A stretch of DNA of 64,000 nt from Eledone cirrhosa (taxonomy: Eukaryota): contig OZ024756.1 in the NCBI GenBank assembly GCA_964016885.1, forward strand, positions 4,650,001 to 4,714,000. The letters are read 5' to 3'. Of this stretch, positions 1 to 15,679 are shown in pieces. Below the pieces are notes generated by a model. The model did not search any database, was not told the origin of the DNA, and was given only the letters and a program-made list of their open reading frames with translations. Position 1 is the first letter of the stretch; each line of letters begins with the position of its first letter. Made by a program: the position numbers and the translations under genes.

Positions 1-3000
1 GATATCCTGGAGATATACTGGGGATATACTAGAGATATACGGAGATATACTGGAGATATACTGGAGATATACTGGAGATATACTGGAGATATCCTGGAGA
101 TATCCTGGAGATATACTGGAGATATACTGGAGATATACTGTAGATGTAGTAGAGATATCCTGGAGATATCCTGGAGATATACTGGAGATATACTGGAGAT
201 ATACTGGAGATGTAGTAGAGATAAACTGGAGATATACTGGAAATATACTGGAGATATACTGAGATATACTGGAGATATACCTTAGATATACTTTAGATAT
301 ACTTTAGATATACTGGAGATATACTGGAGATATACTGGAGATTTACTGGAGATATACTGGAGATATACTGGAGATATCCTGGAGATATCCTGGAGATATA
401 CTGAAGATATCCTGGAGATATCCTGGAGATATACTGGGGATATACTAGAGATATACTGGAGATATACTGGGGATATACTAGAGATATACTGAGATATACT
501 GGAGATTTACTGGAGATATACTGGAGATATACTGGATATATACTGGAGATATCCTGGAGATATCCTGGAGATACACTGGAGATATACTGGAGATATACTG
601 GAGATATATTGTTGATATACTTAGATATACTGGAGATATGCTGGAGATATACTGGATATATACTAGAGATATACTGGAGATATACTGGTTACATACTAGA
701 GATATACAGGAGATATCCTGGAGATACACTGGAGATATACTGGAGATATACTGGAGATATATTGTTGATATACTTAGATATACTGGAGATATACTGGAGA
801 TATACTGGATATATACTAGAGATATACTGGAGATATACTGGAGATATACTGGAGATATACTGGAGATATACTGGAGATATGCTGGAGATATGCTGGAGAT
901 ATCCTGGAGATATACTGTAGATATACTGGAGATATAGTGGGGATATACTGGAGATATACTGAGATATACTGTAGATATCCGAGAGATATACTGGAGATAC
1001 ACTGGAGATATAGTGGAGATATACTGGAGATATACTGGAGATATACTGGGGATATAATGGAGATATACTGAGATATACTGTAGATATCCGAGAGATAAAC
1101 TGGAGATATACTGGAGATATGCTGGAGATATACTGGTGATATACTGGAGATATCCTGGAGATATACTGGAGATATACTGGGGATATAATGGAGATATACT
1201 GAGATATACTTCAGATATCAGAGAGATATACTGGAGATATCCTGGAGATATACAGGAGATATACTGGAGATATCCTGGAGATATACTGGAGATATCCTGG
1301 AGATATACTGTAGATATACTGGAGATATACTGGGGATATACTGGAGATATACTGAGATATACTGTAGATATCCGAGAGATATACTGGAGATATACTGGAG
1401 ATATACTGGAGATATACTGGAGATATACTGGGGATATAATGGAGATATACTGAGATATACTGTAGATATCCGAGAGATAAACTGGAGATATACTGGAGAT
1501 ATGCTGGAGATATACTGGTGATATACTGGAGATATCCTGGAAATATACTGGAGATATACTGGGGATATAATGGAGATATACTGAGATATACTTCAGATAT
1601 CCGAGAGATATACTGGAGATATCCTGGAGATATACAGAAGATATACTGGAGATATCCTGGAGATATACTCTAGATATACTGGAGATATACTGGGGATATA
1701 ATGGAGATATACTGAGATATACTGTAGATATCCGAGACATATACTGGAGATATGCTGGAGATATACTGGAGATATACTGGAGATATACTGGAGATATCCT
1801 GGAGATACACTGGAGATATACTGGAGATATACTGGGGATATAATGGAGATATACTGAGATATACTGTAGATATCCGAGAGATATACTGGAGATATACTGG
1901 AGATATACTGGAGATATACTGGAGATATACTGGAGATATACTGTAGATATACTGGAGATATACTGGAGATATACTGGAGATATACTGGAGATATACTGGA
2001 GATATACTGGAGATATACTGGAGATATACTGGAGATATACTGGAGATATACTGGAGATATACTGGAGATATACTGAGATATACTGGGGATATACTTTAGA
2101 TATACTGCAGATATACTGGAGATATACTGGAGATATACTGGAGATGTAGTAGAGATAAACTGGATATAAACTGGAGATATACTGGAGATATACTGGAGAT
2201 ATACTGGAGATATACTGGAGATATACTGGAGATATACTGGAGATATACTGGAGATATACTGGAGATATACTGGAGATATACTGGGGATATACTGGAGATA
2301 TACTGGAGATATACTGGGGATATACTGGAGATATACTGGAGATATACTGGAGATATACTGGAGATATACTGGAGATATACTGGAGATATACTGGAGATAT
2401 ACTGAGATATACTGGGGATATACTTTAGATATACTTTAGATATACTGCAGATATACTTGAGATATACTGGAGATATATTGGAGATTTACTGGGGATATAC
2501 TAGAGATATACTGAGATATACTGGAGATATACTGGAGATATACTGGAGATATACTGGAGATATACTGGAGATATCCTGGAGATATCCTGGAGATATACTG
2601 GAGATATACTGGAGATATACTGTAGATGTAGTAGAGATATCCTGGAGATATACTGGAGATATACTGGAGATATACTGGAGATATACTGGAGATATACTGG
2701 AGATATACTGGAGATATACTGTAGATGTAGTAGAGATAAACTGGAGATATACTGGAAATATACTGGAGATATACTGAGATATACTGGAGATATACCTTAG
2801 ATATACTTTAGATATACTGCAGATATACTGGAGATATACTGGAGATATACTGGAGATATACTGGAGATTTACTGGAGATATACTGGAGATATACTGGAGA
2901 TATCCTGGAGATATCCTGGAGATATACTGAAGATATCCTGGAGATATCCTGGAGATATACTGGGGATATACTAGAGATATACTGGGGATATACTGGGGAT

Positions 3001-6000
3001 ATACTAGAGATATACTGAGATATACTGGAGATTTACTGGAGATATACTGGAGATATACTGGAGATATACTGGAGATATCCTGGAGATATCCTGGAGATAC
3101 ACTGGAGATATACTGGAGATATTCTGGAGATATATTGTTGATATACTTAGATATACTGGAGATATACTGGAGATATACTGGATATATACTAGAGATATAC
3201 TGGAGATATACTGGTTATATACTAGAGATATACTGGAGATATACTGGAGATATACTGGAGATATACCTGAGATATACTGGAGATATACTGGAGATATACT
3301 GGAGAAATGCTGGAGATATCCTGGAGATATACTGTAGATATACTGGAGATATACTGGGGATATACTGGAGATATACTGAGATATACTGTAGATATCCGAG
3401 AGATATACTGGAGATATACTGGAGATATACTGGAGATATACTGGAGATATACTGGAGATATACTGGGGATATAATGGAGATATACTGAGATATACTGTAG
3501 ATATCCGAGAGATAAACTGGAGATATACTGGAGATATGCTGGAGATATACTGGTGATATACTGGAGATATCCTGGAGATATGCTGGAGATATACTGGGGA
3601 TATAATGGAGATATACTGAGATATACTTTAGATATCCGAGAGATATACTGGAGATATCCTGGAGATATACAGGAGATATACTGGAGATATCCTGGAGATA
3701 TACTGGAGATAGACTGGAGATATACTGGGGATAAAATGGAGATATACTGAGATATACTGTAGATATCCGAGAGATATACTGGAGATATGCTGGAGATATA
3801 CTGGAGATATACTGGAGATATACTGGAGATATCCTGGAGATATACTGGAGATATACTGGAGATATACTGGGGATATAATGGAGATATACTGAGATATACT
3901 GTAGATATCCGAGAGATATACTGGAGATATACTGGAGATATACTGGAGATATAGTAGAGATAAACTGGAGATATCCTGGAGATTTACTGGAGATATACTG
4001 GAGATTTACTGGAGATATACTGGAGATATACTGGAGATATCCTTGAGATATCTTGGAGATATACTGGAGATATACTGGAGATATACTGGAGATATACTGG
4101 AGATGTAGTAGAGATAAACTGGAGATATCCTGGAGATATACAGGAGATATACTGGAGATATCCTGGAGATATACTGGAGATATCCTGGAGATATACTGTA
4201 GATATACTGGAGATATACTGGGGATATACTGGAGATATACTGAGATATACTGTAGTTATCCGAGAGATATACTGGAGATATACTGGAGATATACTGGAGA
4301 TATACTGGAGATATACTGGGGATATAATGGAGATATACTGAGATATACTGTAGATATCCGAGAGATAAACTGGAGATATACTGGAGATATGCTGGAGATA
4401 TACTGGTGATATACTGGAGATATCCTGGAGATATACTGGAGATATACTAGGGATATAATGGAGATATACTGAGATATACTTCAGATATCCGAGAGATATA
4501 CTGGAGATATCCTGGAGATATACAGGAGATATACTGGAGATATACTGGAGATATATTGGAGATATACTTGGGATATAATGGAGATATACTGAGATATACT
4601 GTAGATATCCGAGAGATATACTGGAGATATGCTGGAGATATACTGGAGATATACTGGAGATATACTGGAGATATCCTGGAGATATACTGGAGATATCCTG
4701 GAGATATACTGGAGATATACTGGAGATATACTGGGGATATAATGGAGATATACTGAGATATACTGTAGATATCCGAGAGATATACTGGAGATATACTGGA
4801 GATATACTGGAGATATACTGGAGATATACTGGAGATATACTGTAGATATACTGGAGATATACTGGAGATATATTGGAGATATACTGGAGATATACTGGAG
4901 ATATACTGGAGATATACTGGAGATATACTGGAGATATACTGGAGATATACTGGAGATATACTGAGATATACTGGGGATATACTTTAGATATACTGCAGAT
5001 ATACTGGAGATATACTGGAGATATACTGGAGATGTAGTAGAGATAAACTGGATATAAACTGGAGATATACTGGAGATATACTGGAGATATACTGAGATAT
5101 ACTGGGGATATACTTTAGATATACTTTAGATATACTGCAGATATACTTGAGATATACTGGAGATATATTGGAGATTTACTGGGGATATACTAGAGATATA
5201 CTGAGATATACTGGAGATATACTGGAGATATACTGGAGATATACTGGAGATATACTGGAGATATCCTGGAGATATCCTGGAGATATACTGGAGATATACT
5301 GGAGATATACTGTAGATGTAGTAGAGATATCCTGGAGATATACTGGAGATATACTGGAGATATACTGGAGATATACTGGAGATATACTGGAGATATACTG
5401 GAGATATACTGTAGATGTAGTAGAGATAAACTGGAGATATACTGGAAATATACTGGAGATATACTGGAAATATACTGGAGATATACTGAGATATACTGGA
5501 GATATACCTTAGATATACTTTAGATATACTGCAGATATACTGGAGATATACTGGAGATATACTGGAGATTTACTGGAGATATACTGGAGATATACTGGAG
5601 ATATCCTGGAGATATCCTGGAGATATACTGGAGATATCCTGGAGATATCCTGGAGATATACTGGGGATATACTAGAGATATACTGGAGATAATATGGGAT
5701 ATACTAGAGATATACTGAGATATACTGGAGATTTACTGGAGATATACTGGAGATATACTGGAGATATACTGGAGATATCCTGGAGATATCCTGGAGATAC
5801 ACTGGAGATATACTGGAGATATTCTGGAGATATATTGTTGATATACTTAGATATACTGGAGATATACTGGAGATATACTGGATATATACTAGAGATATAC
5901 TGGAGATATACTGGTTATATGCTACAGATATACTGGAGATATACTGGAGATATACTGGAGATATACCTGAGATATACTGGAGATATACTGGAGATATACT

Positions 6001-9000
6001 GGAGATATGCTGGAGATATCCTGGAGATATACTGTAGATATACTGGAGATATACTGGGGATATACTGGAGATATACTGAGATATACTGTAGATATCCGAG
6101 AGATATACTGGAGATATACTGGAGATATACTGGAGATATACTGGAGATATACTGGGGATATAATGGAGATATACTGAGATATACTGTAGATATCCGAGAG
6201 ATAAACTGGAGATATACTGGAGATATGCTGGAGATATCCTGGAGATATGCTGGAGATATACTGGGGATATAATGGAGATATACTGAGATATACTTTAGAT
6301 ATCCGAGAGATATACTGGAGATATCCTGGAGATATACAGGAGATATACTGGAGATATCCTGGAGATATACTGGAGATATACTGGGGATAAAATGGAGATA
6401 TACTGAGATATACTGTAGATATCCGAGAGATATACTGGAGATATAGTGGAGATATCCTGGAGATATACTGGAGATATACTGGAGATATACTGGGGATATA
6501 ATGGAGATATACTGAGATATACTGTAGATATCCGAGAGATATACTGGAGATATACTGGAGATATAGTAGAGATAAACTGGAGATATCCTGGAGATTTACT
6601 GGAGATATACTGGAGATTTACTGGAGATATACTGGAGATATACTGGAGATATCCTTGAGATATCTTGGAGATATACTGGAGATATACTGGAGATATACTG
6701 GAGATATACTGGAGATGTAGTAGAGATAAACTGGAGATATACTGGAGATATACTGGAGATATACTGGAGATATACTGGAGATATACTGGAGATATACTGG
6801 AGATATACTGGAGATATACTGGAGATATACTGGAGATATACTGGAGATATACTGGAGATATACTGGAGATATACTGGGGATATACTGGAGATATACTGGA
6901 GATATACTGAGATATACTGGGGATATACTTTAGATATACTGCAGATATACTGGAGATATACTGGAGATATACTGGAGATGTAGTAGAGATAAACTGGAGA
7001 TATACTGGAGATATACTGGAGATATACTGGGGATATACTGGAGATATACTGCAGATATACTGGAGATATACTGAGATATACTGGGGATATACTTTAGTTA
7101 TACTTTAGATATACTGCAGATATACTTGAGATATACTGGAGATATACTGGAGATTTACTGGAGATTTACTGGAGATATACTGGAGATATACTGGAGATAT
7201 CCTGGAGATATCCTGGAGATATCCTGGAGATATACTGAAGATATCCTGGAGATATCCTGGAGATATACTGGGGATATACTAGAGATATACTGGAGATATA
7301 CTGGAGATATACTGGAGATATCCTGGAGATATCCTGGAGATATACTGGAGATATACTGGAGATATACTGGAGATATACTGGAGATATACTGGAGATATAC
7401 TGTAGATGTAGTAGAGATAAACTGGAGATATACTGGAAATATACTGGAGATATACTGAGATATACTGGAGATATACCTTAGATATACTTTAGATATACTG
7501 CAGATATACTGGAGATATACTGGAGATATACTGGAGATTTACTGGAGATATACTGGAGATATACTGGAGATATGCTGGAGATATCCTGGAGATATACTGA
7601 AGATATCCTGGAGATATCCTGGAGATATACTGGGGATATACTAGAGATATACTGGAGATATACTGGGGATATACTAGAGATATACTGAGATATACTGGAG
7701 ATTTACTGGAGATATACTGGAGATATACTGGAGATATACTGGAGATATCCTGGAGATATACTGGAGATATACTGGAGATATACTGGAGATATACTGTAGA
7801 TATAGTAGAGATATCCTGGAGATATACTGGGGATATACTAGAGATATACTGGAGATATACTGGGGATATCCTAGAGATATACTGAGATATACTGGAGATT
7901 TACTGGAGATATACTGGAGATATACTGGAGATATACCTGAGATATACTGGAGATATACTGGAGATATACCGGAGATATACTGAGATATACTGGAGATATA
8001 CTGGAGATATACTGGATATATACTTTAGATATACTTTAGATATACTGCAGATATACTGGAGATATACTGGCGATATCCTGGCGATATACTGGAGATATAC
8101 TGGAAATATACTGGAGATATACTGAAATATACTGTAGATATACTGGAGGTATACTGGAGATATACTAGAGATATACTGAAGATATATTGGTGATATACTG
8201 GAGGTATACTGGGGATATACTGGATATACACAGGAGATATACGAGAGATATACGAGAGATATACTGGAGATATACTGGATATATATTGGAGATATACTGG
8301 AGGTATACTGGAGATATACTGGAGGTATACTGGAGATATACTGAGATATGATGGAGATATACTGGGGTATACCGGAGATATAGTAGAGATAAACTGTAGA
8401 TATACTGTAGATATACTGGGGATATACTAGAGATATACTGCAGATATACTGGAGATATACTGGCGATATCCTGGCGATATACTGGAGATATACTGGAAAT
8501 ATACTGGAGATATACTGAAATATACTGTAGATATACTGGAGGTATACTGGAGATATACTAGAGATATACTGAAGATATATTGGTGATATACTGGAGGTAT
8601 ACTGGGGATATACTGGATATACACAGGAGATATACGAGAGATATACGAGAGATATACTGGAGATATACTGGATATATATTGGAGATATACTGGAGGTATA
8701 CTGGAGATATACTGGAGGTATACTGGAGATATACTGAAGATATAGTAGAGATAAACTGTAGATATACTGGAGATATACTGGGGATATACTGAGATATGAT
8801 GGAGATATACTGGGGTATACCGGAGATATAGTAGAGATAAACTGTAGATATACTGTAGATATACTGGGGATATACTAGAGATATACTGGAGATATACTGG
8901 AGATATACTGGAGATATACTGGAGATATACTGAGATATACTGGAGACATACTGGAGATATACTGGAGATATACTAGAGATATACTAGAGATATACTGGAG

Positions 9001-9080
9001 ATATACTGGAGATATACTGGATATATACTGGAGATATACTGGGGATATACTGGAGATATACAGGAGATATACTAGAGATA
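1..9080. repeat. Satellite array of 11-bp unit GGAGATATACT with variant units and higher-order duplications; runs off the left edge
   Basis: Unit is directly visible throughout. The RYTGDILEIYW-type ORFs are translations of the repeat. Identical variant blocks recur, e.g. 2457 vs 5147 (offset 2690) and 8025 vs 8427 (offset 402). Confidence 0.97.
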
Positions 9081-9262
9081 TTGGATAAATTCAATTTATT
9101 CTATATCTCTGTAGAATTGACAACTGATTATACATTTGCTATCGAATACTTGCTAACATTATATGATTACGCAAGCAGCGATAAATAGGTATTCCGTCTG
9201 TTACAGAAACATATGTCAATACCTAATAAATTCCTTTATAAAAGCACTTTCATTTTATATTC

Positions 9263-9350
<88 letters not shown>

Positions 9351-9355
<5 letters not shown>

Positions 9356-9725
9356 TTCAAATATTTCAAATTTGGCTTCGTTTATTAAAGATATACTGCT
9401 ATATATATTTCGATGACAGCCATCTTTAGCTGTGATCTCGTCTGGCAGTCCGAATTGGTGTGGGAAATATAGGTAGACATGTTGTTGAAGTGGTTTTTAT
9501 TTCGTCAATACTCCGATACCACACCAATTCGGACTGCCTGAAGAGGTCACAGCCAATGATGGCTGTCACCGAAATATATATAGCAGTACATCTTTAATAA
9601 ACGAAGCCAAATTTTAAATATTTGACTTAATCATTTTACATTACTCCGTAGTAAACAAACCAACCTGCGTACTTCGTCGAGTGCTCCAATCTGCTTACTG
9701 AGGTGTCGGTAAACAACCAACATAT
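9351..9725 (+). mobile_element. Non-autonomous PLE pLTR-type remnant with inverted 5' arm, inserted in (TA)n
   Basis: 9351-9465 is the reverse complement of about 9520-9630. Flanked by TA tracts. Same family recurs at 56295-56850. Confidence 0.7.
9533..9587 (+). ncRNA. Minimal type-I hammerhead ribozyme; inverted, core-mutated copy at 9395-9449 on the minus strand
   Basis: ACTGC-CTGAAGA-GGTCACAGCC AATGAT GGCTGTCACC-GAAA-TATATA-TA^GCAGT. Stem I is ACTGC/GCAGT, core intact, stem III palindromic. Confidence 0.8.
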
Positions 9726-9728
9726 ACT

Positions 9729-9873
<145 letters not shown>

Positions 9874-10238
9874 CACCATACCGAGAACAATTGCTTCACC
9901 TTATGCGGAACTTCAGCTGGGACTGAAGATCCGCTAAGGTGAAACAATTGTTCTCGGTATGGTCAACTAACTCTTGTGTTACCACTTCTACCAAACTCGT
10001 CCCATGGACTGACTGCTCTACCACTACGGATATTACCTTCCAGTGTTCTACCTTTATATATATATATGTGGCGGGGTGTGGTGTGTGTGTGGGTGTATGT
10101 ATGTGTATGTGTGTATACATATATGTGTATATGTATGTGTGGATATGTTATGTGTGTCAGAGACTTTTTCAAGGTACACAAAAAATATTATATATATATA
10201 TATATATATGCACACACACGCACACACACACACGCACA

Positions 10239-10363
<125 letters not shown>

Positions 10364-10674
10364 ACAACCGCATGCATACACACATCTACATATATACACA
10401 CATATATATACACACTGATTGCACACATCCGCGAACACACCTAAGCACTAAAGGCTAGGAAATAATATAATTTTTAAAGGGAAATAACTCACATAAAATA
10501 AGTAGTATAATTATTTCCCTTGAAATCCATGCACACGCGTGTGTATATATTTATATTAGAAATGCGTGTGATAGTTGGAAGATCACTGATGAAGGACCAC
10601 TTTATTCATATATTTATATTATATACATGTGTGTGTGTGCGCGCCCGTGTGTGTGTGTGTGTGTGTCTGTGTGT

Positions 10675-10905
10675 TGACAGAGTTGTTAGGTCGTCGGATA
10701 GAATGGTTTATGGTATTCGTTCCGTTTCTCTTTTCTCTGAGTTCAAATCCCGCCGAGGTCAACTTTGCCTTTCATCCTTTTGAGGTCAATAAAAAAAATA
10801 CCAGTCTGATACTGGGGTTAATTCTTTCTCTATATGTCTTTCTCACTGCCTCTCTCTCACTTTCTATTCTTCTCTGGAAGAAATATGCTGCCTTCAGACT
10901 AGGCG
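10675..10905 (+). mobile_element. tRNA-derived SINE, variant with a different tail
   Basis: B-box GTTCAAATC followed by CCGCCGAGGTCAACTTTGCCTTTCATCC...AATACCAG, shared with the many copies elsewhere. Confidence 0.75.
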
Positions 10906-11289
10906 TATGTATAAGACTAGATAACTGAAAGCACACACGTGCACACACATACATACATGCACACACACACACACACTCACATACACACACACACAAACAC
11001 AAAGACACACAAACACACATACACACACACTCACATACACAAACACACACAGCGACATACACACCGACACACACAAACACGAACACACACACACACACAA
11101 ACACAAACACGCACACATACACACACAAATACACACACACATACGCACACGCACAGACACACAAACCCACACACATACACACAAACAAACACACACACAC
11201 ACAATTTCCAACTACCTAACAAATCATTGGTCAGTCGGGAAAGTCACGTGATCAAGGTGATATACAGAGACTTCTACCTCTCCAATTTA

Positions 11290-11822
11290 TTACTGGGAAG
11301 CTTGTGATGGCAGAGTCCTTAAACACTTCTTCCATCAGGTCCTGTCTGAAGCAACCCTTTTCCATTGACTCGGCTGGTTCTCCAAACGAGACCTTGAAAG
11401 CTTTTTGGGTGTTATCCAACCAACTCACTCGCGTGTCTACCCTGGATCTCTTACCAGTTGATTTTGACCATAAAATCTGTCCAACGATTCTTTCCTGAGA
11501 AATTCTAGCCACATGCTCGAAATGTCGGAGCTATGATATCCCAACTCGGAGAAGTAGCGGCTCTAATTAGTATAACAACTCTCTGATCTCTGAGCTACGC
11601 ACTCTATTGAGTAACGTTACTCCAAAGACCTTCGAAGGAACCTCATTTCGGTCGCTTGTATTCTCCATTGTATTCTTTCAGTCATTACCCAAGATTCATG
11701 ACCATAAGTAAGGGTTGGCACGAATACCGAATTGAAGATAGCGAGTTTGGTTTTTACACTTACCTCCCTTTTTCTGACTACTGAAAGCTGAAGCTGGCGC
11801 ATTTCTGCACAGAGCCACGAGT
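11290..11822 (-). mobile_element. RTE-clade LINE 3' fragment, degenerate
   Basis: Minus-strand peptides KTKLAIFNSVFVPTLTYGHESWVMTER..QATEMRFLRR and ARISQERIVGQILWSKSTGKRSR..WLD match the typical RTE RT C-terminus. Confidence 0.85.
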
Positions 11823-11838
11823 AACAAACAAACAAACA

Positions 11839-11886
<48 letters not shown>

Positions 11887-12656
11887 TGAATTAATAGTAT
11901 TCGTTTGGTATAGACGATGGCCTGTCGAAGATGGTAGACTTCCTGCTAGGACACCCGAAGCCTATGGCAGTCACGTTCCTAGAGTACTCTGAAAAATTAA
12001 TTTCCATTTCTTTCGCTAGACGATACCACTCTAAACTGGCTGACACGTGGTTAGGATGTGCTGGCTGGGTTTACAATAGAAGGCTTTAATCTTTACGCTA
12101 TATCCCACCTTGATAACTTATAGGGATTCCCAATAATACACTTAACATTTTCCATATAAGAATCTCTCAGTAGTTTCATTAAATAAATCCCGCAACACAA
12201 ACCTTTAATTTTCTATTAATATTCTAATTATTTTAAAAATTTCTTTTAACTCTTAATCTTTTTAACTTTTAATTTAATTTCATCCTTTAACTCTTAACAT
12301 AAGTTAACGTTCCAATTTTCTGTTCACACATTTGATCATACAGACACACATTATATATGCCTTTGTTAAAATATAGGTTCTTTGGAATAACATTTTTCGC
12401 GGCGTTTTCTTGCCTTAAAGTAGTGTGACCCTTACGCTGACTTTTCTTCTTTCTTTCTTCTCTTTTTTTATTATCTGACGGAGAGGTGGTAGTACATTAT
12501 AAGCCTTCGCCCCTTCACCAGATGGTCATTAGCAGACCGAATATCCATCACTTGAGGACGACTGACCGAGGTGAAAACAGCTAGTTGGTCAGTCATCCTC
12601 TCTGCCTCTGATTTTCGGACCTATGGATTTTTATATATTCCTTTGTTATATTTTGA

Positions 12657-12714
12657 ATACCTGATAATATCACCGGATTCATACGGAACCCGGTCATTGA
12701 AATGATCATAGTAT
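12657..12714 (+). ncRNA. Hammerhead-like motif with a G8A core change
   Basis: ATAC-CTGATAA-(TATCACCGG...CCGGTCATT)-GAAA-TGATCA-TA^GTAT. Confidence 0.55.
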
Positions 12715-12904
12715 AATAAACTTTTCAGTCCAGCCTCCTGTTATTTTATTCATAATAATTAACTCCGTATTCGCACCACCAACTACACAAACGAAGACGG
12801 GTGAACTGCACCACGTTGATTACTTTCCATAATATTACATCAAGATTGACCATACGGAATGACCAGTTCTATCCGGTGGTGAACCAACAAACATAAATAA
12901 ATAA

Positions 12905-12955
<51 letters not shown>

Positions 12956-13376
12956 TATATATATAAATATATATATATAAATATATAAATATATAAATGT
13001 AAGTATGTATGTATACGTACATACATATATGAATACAGACGTACAGTAGCATGCATATATATATATATATATATATACATATATATACACATATGCATAC
13101 AGGTACACATACATATATGCACGCATCAGTTTAGCCGGCGTTTATTATAACGCCGGCCGCTTTGTTCGTTTGTTTGTCAACAAAGCGAACAGCCTGAATT
13201 TATGCCATACGGTGTTAAGGCAACCACGTCACCTTTTTGTTCAACACTGACACTTATCGTTTTCGGTATGCCTGACCGATTTAACTCACTCAATATGCAA
13301 ATTAGGCTGCTCAGCCGTTAATTTTCATAAGGAAAGTATATACTTTCGAACGTTCAACTATCTGGCAGATGGGTAA

Positions 13377-13419
13377 ACGGTGCTGATGATAGCTAACAAG
13401 CTTGAAACTAGTACATCGT
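13377..13419 (+). ncRNA. Minimal type-I hammerhead ribozyme, copy 1
   Basis: ACGGTG-CTGATGA-TAGCT AACA AGCTT-GAAA-CTAG-TA^CATCGT. Six-bp stem I, intact core, palindromic stem III. Confidence 0.85.
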
Positions 13420-13593
13420 TCCTGTGTCAGTGTTGAACAAAAAGGTGACGTGGTTGCCTTAACACCGTATGGCATAAATTCAGGCTGTTCGCTTTGTTGA
13501 CAAACAAACGAACAAAGCGGCCGGCGTTATAATAAACGCCGGCTAAACTGATGCGTGCATATATGTATGTGTACCTGTATGCATATGTGTATA

Positions 13594-13665
<72 letters not shown>

Positions 13666-13900
13666 TGCTACTGTACGTCTGTATACATATATGTATGTAC
13701 GTATACATACATACTTACATTTAAGTAAGTGCCATACTAAGAGTGAGAAATGAAATTTCGTTTTCATTTTTTTCAACTTATCGTTTTCGGTATGCCTGAC
13801 CGATTTAACTCACTCAATATGCAAATTAGGCTGCTCAGCCGTTAATTTTCATAAGGAAAGTATATACTTTCGAACGTTCAACTATCTGGCAGATGGGTAA

Positions 13901-13943
13901 ACGGTGCTGATGATAGCTAACAAGCTTGAAACTAGTACATCGT
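13901..13943 (+). ncRNA. Minimal type-I hammerhead ribozyme, copy 2
   Basis: Identical to 13377-13419. Confidence 0.85.
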
Positions 13944-14117
13944 TCCTGTGTCAGTGTTGAACAAAAAGGTGACGTGGTTGCCTTAACACCGTATGGCATA
14001 AATTCAGGCTGTTCGCTTTGTTGACAAACAAACGAACAAAGCGGCCGGCGTTATAATAAACGCCGGCTAAACTGATGCGTGCATATATGTATGTGTACCT
14101 GTATGCATATGTGTATA

Positions 14118-14181
<64 letters not shown>

Positions 14182-14367
14182 TGCTACTGTACGTCTGTAT
14201 ACATATATGTATGTACGTATACATACATACTTACATTTAAGTAAGTGCCATACTAAGAGTGAGAAATGAAATTTCGTTTTCATTTTTTTCAACTTATAAA
14301 TATATATATATATATATATATATAAATATATATATATATAATATATATATATATATATAATATATAT

Positions 14368-14401
<34 letters not shown>

Positions 14402-14717
14402 ATATATATATATAATATATATATGCATATATATGTATGCATATATATGCATATATATATATATATATGCATATATATATATAATTATGCATATATATAT
14501 ATATGCATATATATATATATATGCATATATATATATATGCATATATATATATGCATATATATATATATATGCATATATATATATATATGCATATATATAT
14601 ATATATGCATATATATATATATATATATATGCATATATATATATATATATATATATGCATATATATGCATATGCAAATATATATATATGCATATATATAT
14701 ATATATGCATATATATG

Positions 14718-15252
14718 CCTCTTCCTCACCTCACCCTTCACTCACTCATTCTCTGTCACTACCTCTCCTCCTCCTCCTCATTCTTCCCGTTTGACCTGTG
14801 AGTAACTCTTTTCTCTCACATTCTCGGCCAAGCTGGTCGGAATTTTTTCTCTCTCGTCCACGATTTCACAGAACTTATGTTTACCGAATTCGCAGACCAG
14901 ACCCCTTCTTCCTCCCGTTAGACCTGTGCGAAATTCCTTCTTTGCTCACATTTCAAACATGTTTGATGGTCTTTATTCTCTCGTTCACGATTTCACCGAA
15001 CTTAAATTCATAGAAATCTGGGACTTGTCTCCTTATTCCTCACTTTCTGTTGCCTCACCATTTTGTTTGTTTACCCTCGCGTCCCCTTTATTTACGTGTC
15101 CCAACGACTTTTTGTAGCCGTTGCTCGCACCAACCGGAGGTATATGGTCTTTAAAGCGATGAAATGCTTATGATAGTTGGAAGATCACTGATGAAGGACA
15201 AACTTTTTTCATATGTAACCCATTTGCAACTCCGCAGCGCCCTTATTATCAT
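14718..15252 (+). mobile_element. Short interspersed non-coding repeat in (TA)n, same family as 46650-47345
   Basis: Long near-identity with 46810-47345; bounded by TA tracts. Confidence 0.75.
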
Positions 15253-15473
15253 ATATATATATATAATATATATATATAAATATATATATATATAATATAT
15301 ATATATAAATATATATATATATAATATATATATATATTTATATATATATATAATATATATATATAAATATATATATATTTAATATATATATATAAATATA
15401 TATATATATAATATATATATATAAATATATATATATAAATAAATATATATATATAAATATATATATATAAATA

Positions 15474-15507
<34 letters not shown>

Positions 15508-15538
15508 AATATATATGTAAATATATATATATATATAA

Positions 15539-15571
<33 letters not shown>

Positions 15572-15590
15572 AATATATATATATATAAAT

Positions 15591-15639
<49 letters not shown>

Positions 15640-15642
15640 AAT

Positions 15643-15679
<37 letters not shown>

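Larger units (their letters stand above)
12995..14297 (+). mobile_element. Tandem HHR-bearing non-coding element (retrozyme-like or non-autonomous PLE): inverted partial copy plus two direct units of about 520 bp
   Basis: Units start at 13252 and 13776 (offset 524). 12995-13253 is the reverse complement of 13424-13722. Flanked by (TA)n. Confidence 0.85.

Noticed and set aside
478-8792. Long ORFs in the 11-bp satellite
   Set aside because: They are translations of the repeat unit in several frames, with no independent coding signal.
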